Part shown: positions 1-11,496 of the stretch, one piece after another
Position numbering within the stretch: the stretch's first letter is position 1
Layout of the letters: the number at the start of each line of letters is the position of its first letter
Origin: Octopus bimaculoides
Taxonomy: Eukaryota
Length of the DNA: 64,000 bases
Direction: 5' to 3'
Assembly: GCF_001194135.2 (NCBI RefSeq)
Contig: NC_069000.1
Coordinates: forward strand, 39,147,720 to 39,211,719
Notes under the pieces: model-generated
Told to the model about the DNA's origin: nothing
Seen by the model: the letters and a program-made list of their open reading frames with translations, nothing else
Databases searched by the model: none
Position numbers and translations under genes: made by a program

Positions 1-632
1 TATATATATATATATATCCAAAAACACATAGCTAGGATTTGTAGAAAACGAAGTAACTAAACACTAGAGGGATTTTATTGATCGGCCCAACCCTCTAAGC
101 CAGCGTTCTTCAATGATTTAAATAACATTGCAGCAGATACAGACCTACAGGCACAAACACACACAAGCGCATGGAAATTGCTCTATGAATGTGTTAATCA
201 CATCTATTTTAAGTGTAAGAAAAAAACTTTGTGTTAATTCATTAATAGTATCAAAAAATGTTCGTTATTGTTTGAGGCACTGTGTTGACACTGTAAACAT
301 AGGTCACTGTAGAAGACATACAGATATAAATATATATACACGCACTCACACACACAGACAAACACTCACAAACACACAGACATTCGCGTTGACTGACACA
401 CATATACATATATCTCCTATTATCATTTGGCATTAAACTAATTTTTACTCACGTTATTCATACGCGGTAGTGTTTATGAGTGAAACAAAAACCTGTACAT
501 CCACCCGTCCATCCAACCATTCATCTATCTATCCATTCATCTATCCATGCATAGATACATACATACATACGCACACAGACACACATATATGTATATATAT
601 GTATCTATGCTTGTATATACATACATACACAC

Positions 633-676
<44 letters not shown>

Positions 677-690
677 ATATATATATATAT

Positions 691-1035
691 TCTCTTTTTA
701 TTCTCTTTTATTTGTTTCCGTCATTTGACTGCGGCGATGCTGGAGCACCGCCTTTAGTCGAACAAATCGACTCCAGGACTTATTCTTTGTAAGCCTAGTA
801 CTTATTCTATCGGTCTCTTTTGCCGAACCGCTAAGTTACGGGGGACGTAAACACACCAGCATCGGTTGTCAAGCGATGTTGGGGAGACAGACACAGATAC
901 ACAAACACACACACACATATATACATATATACGACGGGCTTCTTTCAGTCTCCGTCTACCAAATCCACCCAAGCCTGAACCCGGAACCATGTGGTTCGTA
1001 AGTAAGCTACTTACCAGACAGCCACTCCTACGCCT
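691..1035 (-). mobile_element. tRNA-derived SINE, family A (CORE-type, octopus OR-like), copy with internal deletions
   Basis: Minus strand reads ggagtggctgtctggtaagtagcttacttacgaaccacatggttccgggttcag (A/B-box-like head), an internal (TG/TA)n tract and the tail ...gcagtcaaatgacggaaacaaataaaagag. Homologous to copies at 8421 and 13988. Lacks about 45 and 15 bp present in the other copies. Confidence 0.9.
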
Positions 1036-1278
1036 TATATATATATAAGGGCGTAATGTTGTATGCATCTTAATATATATGCGTTTCTTAAATATTCACT
1101 TCATGACTCATCAGTTGCTATTTTCAATAGTCATCGTTCATCGGTAAAGACAGTGAAATATCTACGAACCCTTTGGCATATAACAAAGGAATTTAGATAT
1201 ATGTACATAAATATTTATGGACAGAATCAATGACAACGTGTAATATACAAAGAAGAATATTTTGTATTGCTTATATTA

Positions 1279-1710
1279 TACGAAGTACGTTCCAGAAATT
1301 TTAACAGTTTTTCAGGAGAGACATTTATTAATTTCAATAAACAAGTATTAATTAATTTCAATAAGCAAGTACAAAACTTTAATCTCTTACAAAGAAATAA
1401 CCGCTGACTACACCCACCCGTAGAGCTCCAGTCATTTCCTGAAGGTTCGATATAAGTCCACGAAAGGGAAGGTTTTATTGTCAACCCTTACTTCGTCTTC
1501 TCAATGCCTTCAAATTGTTTACATGCGAGCTTCTCATTCAGCTTCGGGAACGACCAAACGTGAAAACGAGCGAGGAGTGGGTTTTAGGCATGTTTGAGGA
1601 GCAGTTTTGGTGCCCATCTCTGTCAAGCTGTTGATTACCAGGATAGAACTGTGACAAGTAGTGTTTCCTAAGCTCTGTCAAAAGTGTCTTGCAACCGTAT
1701 CCTTCGATCT
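1279..1710 (-). mobile_element. mariner transposon relic, 3' half (frameshifted transposase C-terminus plus decayed TIR)
   Basis: Minus-strand frames give LTELRK..HSSILVINSLTEMGTKTAPQ..[shift]..FHVWSFPKLNEKLACKQFEGIEK..FRK*LELY, matching the mariner C-terminal pattern HNSxxVxxxLxxMGIKTVPQPPYSPDLAPxDFWLFPKL. A decayed end TA|cgaagtacgttccagaaatttt lies at 1279-1302. Confidence 0.7.
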
Positions 1711-2058
1711 GGAATAGCAAATATTGGCAGGCTGCTTTTTAGATGTAGAGTAATGATACATTATACTTGAATTACAGTAATTATAACTGCCTAGCCTAGA
1801 AAAAAGTCTCAGTAACTGTGAATGCCTTTCGTATGTTCCAACCAATATGATTAATATTGATTTCGCTCATTATCACAATGCTAAAAAGTTTATATGAAAT
1901 GAATATAATTGGTTGAACCAATCCTGATAAATTCCTGATAGTCGCACTATCGATCATCAAGGAATGAATTTATCGGAGCTGAAAAAATAAACAAAAACAA
2001 AAACAAAAAAAGAACATGATAGACATACAGTTTTATATTTAAGAGAAGAGGAATTATT

Positions 2059-2149
2059 TACACTATCTACATTTGACGGATATTTGTCCTCATTTTGTTT
2101 GTTGTTAACACAAGATGGGGAAAAATATCCGTCAAATGTAAAAAGTGTA
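2059..2149 (+). other. long imperfect inverted repeat (about 40-bp stem hairpin)
   Basis: tacactatctacatttgacggatatttgtcctcattttgt pairs with acaagatggggaaaaatatccgtcaaatgtaaaaagtgta: 3 mismatches plus 2 G.T wobbles over 40 bp, 11-nt loop region. Confidence 0.9.
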
Positions 2150-3344
2150 TGACAGAAATAATTGAAACTAAAATAGAAACATGTAATATTGGATGCAGCA
2201 AAAGTCTTCATATTCACCAATCTTGAAAAATACATCACTTACAAATACGTGATGGTAACTAAAAGAACGATAAGATAAATATATGAAGATATCATTTTCA
2301 ATTGCATTACGGCACTGACACTAAAATAATCTCCATGCAAAGCACCGGCGTTTGTTTTGTACAGCATTTCTATTAAAAAATATAAAATGACCATATGTTC
2401 ACAGACCAAAGGTTTAAATCCAAATAATTTTATTTTGATTGTCAATGATTTTAATTAATCCATCAAAATTTTGACATGCTTCAATTAACGGGAATTTTTT
2501 TTCATATAAACTGAAAAGACGAGTGGTCAAGTTCGCCACTAGCCGTCCTAGTAACTTTCCCTTCTACATATACTCCCATAATAAAACTCCGAGCATGTAT
2601 ACATGTATATATATACAAACAGCATGCGTAAGGTATTTCAGGACATACATTTTTTTGGATCATTGCTGCATTTTCTGCTAACTCTGTATACATTCCTCTA
2701 TTTACATAATATCGAGGTCTCTTTCCTTATTTTGTTGTCTTACCATTACTATTAATATATATATATTTCCTTTGATTAATTTTATATATATATATATATA
2801 CATATTTCATTGCATCTTGGAATTCAAGGAAGCACTTTTAAGTATTTCACTGTAGTGACTCGTCCCTCTCTTTCTATAATTCAAGCATCCTGTTGCTGTT
2901 TTTGGGAACAGCATGAATAAAACAATATCACATTACCACTTTCCTTGATACAAAAATCCCTTAGATTCAAGTGTAAAGACATCAGTGCCTATGCAATAAT
3001 TATATATCGATTGTTTCATTCATAAACTGAATCATTGCATTGATATCTCTATTGGGATCTAAGCCTTGTGAATAACAAATAACTACCAATTATCTGGTGA
3101 AGCTTATCCTTACAATAGATCACTGCATTTCTGCCTCTATCATGATTAAATTCATTGTTCTTGGTTTTCATAATTTAGCAGCAGGTCACATCCCATTAAA
3201 CAGGCTTACTGATCAAACGAATTCCTACCAAAATCATTCCGTATTTCTTCCGGGTATTGCACCTTATAACACGATGTTTTTAAAAAAATATTTCCTTTCA
3301 TTTCATAGATTGTATTGTGTAATTTTAAGGATTTTAGTTGATCT

Positions 3345-3625
3345 TACTCTCTCGTTACCTTACGGAATGACTTTAACACAGTTCAATTTCTGCAAATATA
3401 ATCGGTCACGACTACTGAAAATGAGCTGTGGCAGAATGTAAATGACTTCAGACTATTGGGTTCAATCTGGTTAGCTGCGAAATCGATTTTTTGATAACAA
3501 CATTTCAAGAGAATTATCGTGATGATCAAAGTGGTGATAGTGACTGAAAGTTGATGTTTTGAGAGGGAAAAAATATCAAGGAAATGTTTTTATCAAGTAA
3601 CAAATGTCAATCAAACTTTGAAGTA
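3345..3625. repeat. unclassified interspersed repeat, copy 1 (copy 2 at 5081-5345)
   Basis: atcggtcacgactactgaaaatgagctgtggcagaatg...gaaatcgattttttgataacaacatttcaagagaattatc...aaatgtcaatca aligns colinearly with 5126-5340, roughly 70% identity by eye. Confidence 0.8.
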
Positions 3626-3857
3626 GTTTTTACGAATTTTAATTATGAAACAGAATCTTAATCTATTGAATGTTGTCAAAGAAAAATAACTGCAAGACCG
3701 GTTTAGTGTCAGTCTAATCTCTCTACCTGTTTTTACGCTGGGGCATCTAATACTGAGAACACTACACAAAATGTAATAGCAGACAGAAATAGAATATTGC
3801 AAGTATCGTAGAATATATATTTGTATCATAAGAGAAAATTTTAAATGAGACACACAG

Positions 3858-4170
3858 CTTAGTTGTAGTTTGTCCGTCGATGCGACAAAGACCATCTAGT
3901 CATCCTGGAGTGGGGGTGGGCTTGCTTTGTGAGTCCGCAGATGGCTAGTGCGGCCAATTTTCGCCCGAAAGAGTCTTTGGCAGTGTGGACAGCGCCTGCT
4001 ACAGGGTTGTTAGCACTGTTCTTCCTGGCTTGCCTGCGGTCTTCTGCAGCAGCGATCCTATTGGTCTCGCATGTGCTGGCACCCTTCTGGACGGCTGATC
4101 GCCACCTTTCTCTGTCTAGAGCAGACTGCTCGCAAGTTGCATGGTCGATGTTAAAGTCTTTCAGTGAGAC
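3858..4170 (-). mobile_element. RTE-clade LINE, 5'-truncated 3' end (ORF C-terminus plus 3' UTR)
   Basis: Minus ORF VSLKDFNIDHATCEQSALDRERWRSAVQKGASTCETNRIAAAEDRRQARK, then a frameshift into HCQRLFRAKIGRTSHLRTHK (C-terminal zinc-finger remnant typical of RTE/BovB-like ORFs). The 3' end is ...gtcgcatcgacggacaaactacaac. Confidence 0.85.
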
Positions 4171-5080
4171 ATTTCTAGGATTTATGAACTTGTTGAATAT
4201 GAAAGTGAGATCAAATAGCCATATATTTTTACTCAACAGGTGACAGACATTAAAACGCTCTCACGTTAAATCTCTTGCTGGGTTAAGAATTTGTAAATAT
4301 GAAAACTGTTACTTAGAATTTTGATTCTGAAAAAAACTTTCGAAACTGAAAAGTTTCGTAAATAACGACGCTTTTATTTCGAATTTTGATCAGAAATTTC
4401 GATCAGAAATAATTCTAGCAATTCCTATATGTATTACCGCTTAGTTGATGTCATAGTGGGAAGTTTTGCATTCGGTCATCAAAATGCGAAAAATATTTCA
4501 ACGCAGATTTTGTCACTTTTATTCTAAAATACAAAATGCAAAACTGTCCAAAAGGAATGTACAAATTTATTGCGAAAATACATGAATGGATAATGAGCAA
4601 AACTTAGAATTTAACATTGTTTAACGTCGTCTGTATTTACAAATATACACTATGGGACTAAGCATTTTTTTTTTATATAAGAAGGTGGTTTTAATTGCAA
4701 GTATAGATTCGTCTAAAGTGTCCTGGCGCACTACTTTCGTTCCGAATGAAAACTTATGTACATAAACTTACGCACGTACATGTATTAGCTTTTCACTGGT
4801 GATTGTGCGTTGCTAGAAGAAAAAAAAATGTAACTTACATGAGATATGTGTCTACTTTAAAATCCCTAAAAATATCCCAGTAGCTTTCTTATCTCTTCTG
4901 TATGTTTGAAGCGAAAACACGAAAGCGGCCGATATGAAATATTTTGACGCTGTTCATAAAACGTTTTTTGAAGAAATACATCAAAATATGCTGTCTGACA
5001 TTTTATCGATTCGAGTTATTATACAGAACTGCTGTTGCAAGGAATAAGTACACACGTATATGATGTAATACACTTCATCT

Positions 5081-5345
5081 TCTCACTCGTTGCTTCATCT
5101 ACATATTCCATTACCCGCCAATATTATCGGTCACGACCGCTAAAAATAAGCTGTACCAGAATGTTTATCACTTCATACCACTGGAGTCAATCTGCTTAGC
5201 AGGGAAATCGATTTTTGATAGCAGCATTACAAGCGAATTATTATAATGGTCAAAGACTCGATGGTGACTGTAAGTTGACGTTTAAGGAGAGAAAAAAATG
5301 AAATATGTTTTATCGAATACAAAAATGTCAATCAGAATTTAAGAT
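5081..5345. repeat. unclassified interspersed repeat, copy 2 (same orientation as 3345-3625)
   Basis: atcggtcacgaccgctaaaaataagctgtaccagaatg...gaaatcgatttttgatagcagcattacaagcgaatt...aaatgtcaatca. Confidence 0.8.
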
Positions 5346-6065
5346 ATAAGAATTTCATAGAATTTTACAGATTGGAGTAATTTTACTGGAAGTACTTTTC
5401 AAAGGAATAAAAGTACACTAAAGTTATGTGCTGTGCTTCTTTTTCCACTGAAAGTCATTTACCGGAGCGCAACAGCCATATAACTACTGTCACCATTAAG
5501 TAAAATGAACTGACAACAAAGTCAAAACTTGCCCGCCTTCTAACGAATATTGAGCTACTTTTTTAGGTTTCATAGCAACTTCGCCACTTAACAACGCCTT
5601 TCTAACAATCAGACGAGCTTTAGACCTATAATTCTGGAAAACTTTACTGTATGTATGTATGTGTTTACTTATATATAGCATTAATTTTACTGACGTGGAA
5701 ATCTAATGCAGTGTTGCTTACTAGCGACGTAATTGCTCGGACTCCAAGAAAGTCTATTATTATTTGAAGATGCATTAACTTTTTACTTAGTTATCAACTC
5801 CTGTTCGGAGTTGGGAAACCTCTAGACATCGTGTTGGTGAATGGCATTGGGATCGGAGAGAGGAAGTCTGTCATACAGTATGTCAATGATTCCACTACTT
5901 CTATTTATAAGAACAATGGAAGTTCAGTAAAAGTATAAGATAACATTATCAGTATTCGCTTAAATGTACCTAGACGTGAATTCAAACGAGGACATTAGTA
6001 CGAGTTTTGAAGTTATAGCTAAAATATATTAATAATACATTCGCTATCTTATGGAGAAATACACG

Positions 6066-6334
6066 ACAGGGAGTGCCCTCGCCCTTGCTGTCGGCGTCGT
6101 TCTACGCATCGCGCCTCTGCAGCTTCGCTCGCTCACCCACCGGCAGCCACCGCCGTTCCGTTCATTCGTCCTCTCGCCATCGAACTTTCAGTTTCTTCCT
6201 CGCCTGCATCTATCCATCGTCGGTGCCGTGCGCCTACACGCCTTTGCTCACGCAACCGGATCGACCTTGTCGCACGTTCCCGCCGCGCTCGCTCGCTGGT
6301 TTTTCTCTTTTTTTTTTCTTTCGCCTTCCTCACC
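6066..6334. other. GC- and CpG-rich island abutting an assembly gap (possible promoter/first exon or foreign sequence)
   Basis: About 270 bp with dense CpG (gtcggcgtcg, catcgcgcc, cccgccgcgctcgctcgc) inside AT-rich surroundings. It ends in a pyrimidine run at the gap. Confidence 0.6.
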
Positions 6335-7001
6335 NNNNNNNNNNNNNNNNNNNNNNNNNNNNNNNNNNNNNNNNNNNNNNNNNNNNNNNNNNNNNNNNNN
6401 NNNNNNNNNNNNNNNNNNNNNNNNNNNNNNNNNNNNNNNNNNNNNNNNNNNNNNNNNNNNNNNNNNNNNNNNNNNNNNNNNNNNNNNNNNNNNNNNNNNN
6501 NNNNNNNNNNNNNNNNNNNNNNNNNNNNNNNNNNNNNNNNNNNNNNNNNNNNNNNNNNNNNNNNNNNNNNNNNNNNNNNNNNNNNNNNNNNNNNNNNNNN
6601 NNNNNNNNNNNNNNNNNNNNNNNNNNNAGAAGTGGTTTATACAGTGACAATCAAGTATTTCTTCTAGGAGACCAAGCTCCAATCTTCGTGTCGCTTCAAG
6701 GTATTCCGAAGATATAGGGAGGGCCTACACTCAGTGATTCAAGATGTGAATCATGCAGCATACTTAATCTTTCATACTTAGCGCAAACAATCAAGTCTCC
6801 CGCCATGTTTTTATCAGAAGAACGAGTGTTTTAAGTCATGGATTACGATTTCACATATTTAACCGCTAACAGAAGCATTAATTGCTGTGTGCTTTCGTTT
6901 CTTCAGTTGCCTGTATATACATGGATAATTTTTAAATACCGAAATCCATAATGATTCTAAATTTTTAAACTTCCCTTTTCTCTCTTATTTTATTTTCACA
7001 G

Positions 7002-7082
7002 ACAACAGCGGGGCACTGTTCGTGTGTAGCCGTCATTGCAGCATGGATAAATCAATGAATATACATCTGTAAAGTGAAAGTT
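7002..7082 (+). other. candidate exon (strong acceptor, two possible donors)
   Basis: Acceptor cttcccttttctctcttattttattttcacag| at 7001. Donors are TT|gtaagt (7083) or CT|gtaaag (7069). With the 7069 donor one frame is open (NSGALFVCSRHCSMDKSMNIH); with the 7083 donor all frames have stops, so it would be UTR or non-coding. Confidence 0.3.
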
Positions 7083-7478
7083 GTAAGTAACACTTCATAC
7101 AATCATTTGAAAATCAATAACTAACGAACATCAGATAGTTTTGAATATAACTGTGTCCGTATTTGCGCTGCTTCGTCGGTATGTTCCGGTTTATGTATTT
7201 ACTCCACTGAAATGTTTTCCATTTATTTTCATAATTTATGATAAATTTATTTTAACAAGGTATCTAAATGTTCGGCAAGACGGTCAACGGTGTAATAGCA
7301 ATTAGAGAACGTATCAATTAGTCGTCAATTCATCAAAAAACGTAGAGATTTTTATGAGAAAATTATTTGGATTAATATACATCAACAGACACTGGTTTCT
7401 TTATTCATTAAATCGTATGTGCTAAAAGTAATATCATTCCTCATTGCTTATTTTATATTGTATACATCGTATAATTAG

Positions 7479-7513
<35 letters not shown>

Positions 7514-7540
7514 GAGAGAGAGAGAGAGAGNNNNNNNNNN

Positions 7541-7583
<43 letters not shown>

Positions 7584-8420
7584 GCAAACACACAAGCATA
7601 CGGAAACAGACGCACACATATATATATGTATCTCTTTCATTATATATATATACACGCGTGCATATTAATTCTCTAATCTTGTTTGTCATAGCTGTTAAAA
7701 TGATTCATGGATGTAATTTATTTCTTTGCCTGGCAAAGAATAATTTCATATGCTGCAAAAATTTCAAATTCAATTAAGACACTATCATTTTATATTCATC
7801 ACTTAAGTTGACAGATTGTGCTTTGAATTCTTACATATATTAGATATATGTTTCTTTCTTTCTTGTAAAATTCTTTAATTTGTTCTGTCTCTGTGGAAAG
7901 ATAAAATGCAGATAATATAAATATCCCTGTTTAAGCGATTTAAATGCTTAACACTATTCGACTGGAAGTTCTGTTTCTGAACACTAATGTATTCACGTGG
8001 AATTTACTACTGACTCAATTGTGTGATATAAAATTAATCCAGTTCTCATTATGCATTTATTATTAGATTTGTTTCAGGAGAAATAAAGCTTTTATGACAG
8101 ATGATTACCTTTTATCTCTAGTCGCTGGGAAAAAATGGATAAAATTTGATATGAATAATTCTATTAGATCTAACATTTCTATATAAGTACTGTGTCTATG
8201 ATTACATTCCACGAACCATTTATGATAAGTCCTGCGATCTTAATGGCCTCAGCACCTGGACGTGCCTCTTGTGTCAAAGCTATTTGGACCTCCATGTTGT
8301 TGTGAATGTTCTGAGTATATTTCTATAATTTATTTAACTACAATTATCTCACAGAAACCAATGAGTATATTTACTTGCGTAGCCATCTTCATCAGCTTCC
8401 ACCAATAAATTAGTTCAAAT

Positions 8421-8887
<467 letters not shown>

Positions 8888-8991
8888 TTGTTTTAGTTTT
8901 TCTTTCAGAGTCAGGCATCGTTAGATTTTATCATCTGTAACTTACACAAAAACATGTAACCTATTATTCCAGTTTTCCAAATAGCTATTAT

Positions 8992-9066
8992 ATTTTACTT
9001 TATTCAGTCATTGGACTGTGGCCATAATGGGGCACCACCTTGAAGGATGTAAGAAATCAACCACAG
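8992..9066 (-). mobile_element. SINE family A, 3' tail fragment (diverged)
   Basis: ttttactttattcagtcattggactgtggccataatggggcaccaccttgaagg is homologous to the tail at 8440-8490. Confidence 0.7.
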
Positions 9067-9796
9067 TTATAAACATAATAGTCCGGTTCTTAATCCATCC
9101 TCTTCTTTTACCGCACCACAACACTATTGCGAGAGGCGGTAGCAGACGTTGAGAATTGAGAGACGAATGGGCGAGGTCGTGTAGAGGGTATTTAAAGGGT
9201 AATCGTCACTTGTGTTGGGTATGTGTATAGGTGACAAACTTTAGGGATAATAGCTAGAGAAATATCGGAAGTTGTAATGGTGAGAAAAGGGGTGGCAATT
9301 ATTTGAGCGAGAAAAGTATATAATTTAGTGGCATAGGGAGAGTATTAAGGGATGTAGAAAGGTATGAGAGAAGATAGATGGAGGTGAACAGAGTGGGGGG
9401 TGAGATAAGTGGTTAGTACAGTAATGAATGTGGGTTGGGATTGGAAGGAAAGATTTATAGATTAGTAGGAAATCGAATGGGACAGAGTTAATTTTAATTT
9501 AACCATGACAACTCCTGTACTATCTTTTGTGTGACATCTTAAAAGTTTCGATATTCTACCACTGCATCTACATACAGCTTCTTGGTGATCTTTTAAACTG
9601 TAGGTATATTGTGGGCTTCGGATTTCTATAGGTTGATTTTATTGTACTGCGTTGTCTGAGAGGGGAGTGGTTATTGCTTTGAATTCCATTTTGCTTGAAC
9701 TGTGGATTTCCAATGAGGCAGTTTGACCCCCATCTCTCCATGCCAGCAGACACCTTTTATGTAGAATTAGCAGATGTTTTTATGTACTACGTATGC

Positions 9797-9827
<31 letters not shown>

Positions 9828-11272
9828 TGCATGCATGTGTGAAACGGATAGCTACATATTCATATAGTAATCGATATATGCATATATGTGTGAGCGACTC
9901 AGTGTGTGTATGCTTGCTTATGAATGCTGTGTATGTGTTTGTGCCTGAATATATATATATATATATATGCATATGTATGTGTGTGCATGTGTGTGCATGT
10001 GTTTCTGTGTCTGTGTGTGTGAGTTTAAGTTAACAGAGATTATACAGAGGGAAAGGTTGGGTAGAGCTATGAATCCAAAATGGCGAAACCAGAACTTATT
10101 TGATTTGGAAATATTTTCTCTACGCCCCTGATTCTTGCAACGTGTTATAAAATTTTATCTGCCGCTTTATATCACCCAATAGTTACATAATATACACATT
10201 TAGTTGTGCATTTTTCTTACCGCTTTTACTATCAACATTCACAAATCGCTTACATATTCTGCATTTTAGGGGACTTTATATCAAGTAATTTTCTGTTTGA
10301 GAACATATAATATGACATAACTGGCTGTTCATATCAAGGAAAACATTCGTCGAATTCATGTGTGGTATATTGACATAAGTCTTTGTTTGATATATTATAT
10401 AAATACTCCATGGCAATGTTTATTGCACAATGAAAGGGAACTTCAAATGAACACAAATAAGATATTGCTCCTCTATAAAATTGTATTATATAATATATAT
10501 ACAGATATGCAGTCAGTCAAGGTGTCGTTGATGCACGCACATTTACACTTTTACATATACATAGTGAGAGACTCACAGGCAGAAAGAGAAAAAAGTGAGA
10601 GAACGCGCGCGTGTACGTGTATGTATATATTGGCATGAATGTCTCAGTGGGCGTTTATCAATGAGCCTGCTTACGTGTCCCTGTGTGTCATATAATGCAA
10701 TGGCGCGTATATGTATAGTCACTCCCGGTTACATAGAGGAAGGCACACTTTAAAACGAACATATACATATTGAGAAAACAGAGAAATTGTGTGTATATAT
10801 ATAACGTTGTGTAGGTCTTCGTGTGTCCGTGTACGCGTGGTGAATAGGGATAAACACGGGCTTTATTGAACAGTATTTGAAGAACTTACGTGTGTTACAA
10901 AATTCGATCTTGACAAATAGAATGTAAAATAAGTTAAAGAATATATATCAGTCGAATATACAGTATGGATATACATAAATATTCTTTGTGAATATGTTTT
11001 ATTATCATATTTGAATTTGTTAGAAGCTACTACACGTTCGAAGCACACTGTTGTTTGTAACGAAATTTTCAAACCAATAACTAAATACGAATTCTAATCT
11101 CTTTTTCAGTAAGTATTCCAAACTGATATATATATATATATANNNNNNNNNNNNNNNNNNNNNNNNNNNNNNNNNNNNNNNNNNNNNNNNNNNNNNNNNN
11201 NNNNNNNNNNNNNNNNNNNNNNNNNNNNTACGAATTTTTTTACACCCCTCGTGTACACACACACACACACAC

Positions 11273-11303
<31 letters not shown>

Positions 11304-11390
11304 AACACACACACACGCAAACACACTCTCACACACACAAATAAATATATTGAGAAAAAGATGACAGTCAGAATGTGGATAACACTTTAT

Positions 11391-11496
11391 TTTATTAGCT
11401 TTTGTTCGTTTAACCGAACTCTGCAAGACAAAAAGAACTGAAAACCAAAACCTCTGTCTAGAAGAGTTCGGTTAATCGAGCGAAAGAGCTAATAAA
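11391..11496 (+). other. long imperfect inverted repeat (about 40-bp arms, about 24-nt loop)
   Basis: tttattagcttttgttcgtttaaccgaactctgcaagaca versus tgtctagaagagttcggttaatcgagcgaaagagctaataaa. Confidence 0.85.

Noticed and set aside
1492-1708. Apparent minus-strand exon with strong splice sites; also a Merlin-like EWVLGMFE on the plus strand
   Set aside because: All three frames have stops, and the segment is explained as a frameshifted mariner C-terminus. The Merlin motif spacing is wrong.
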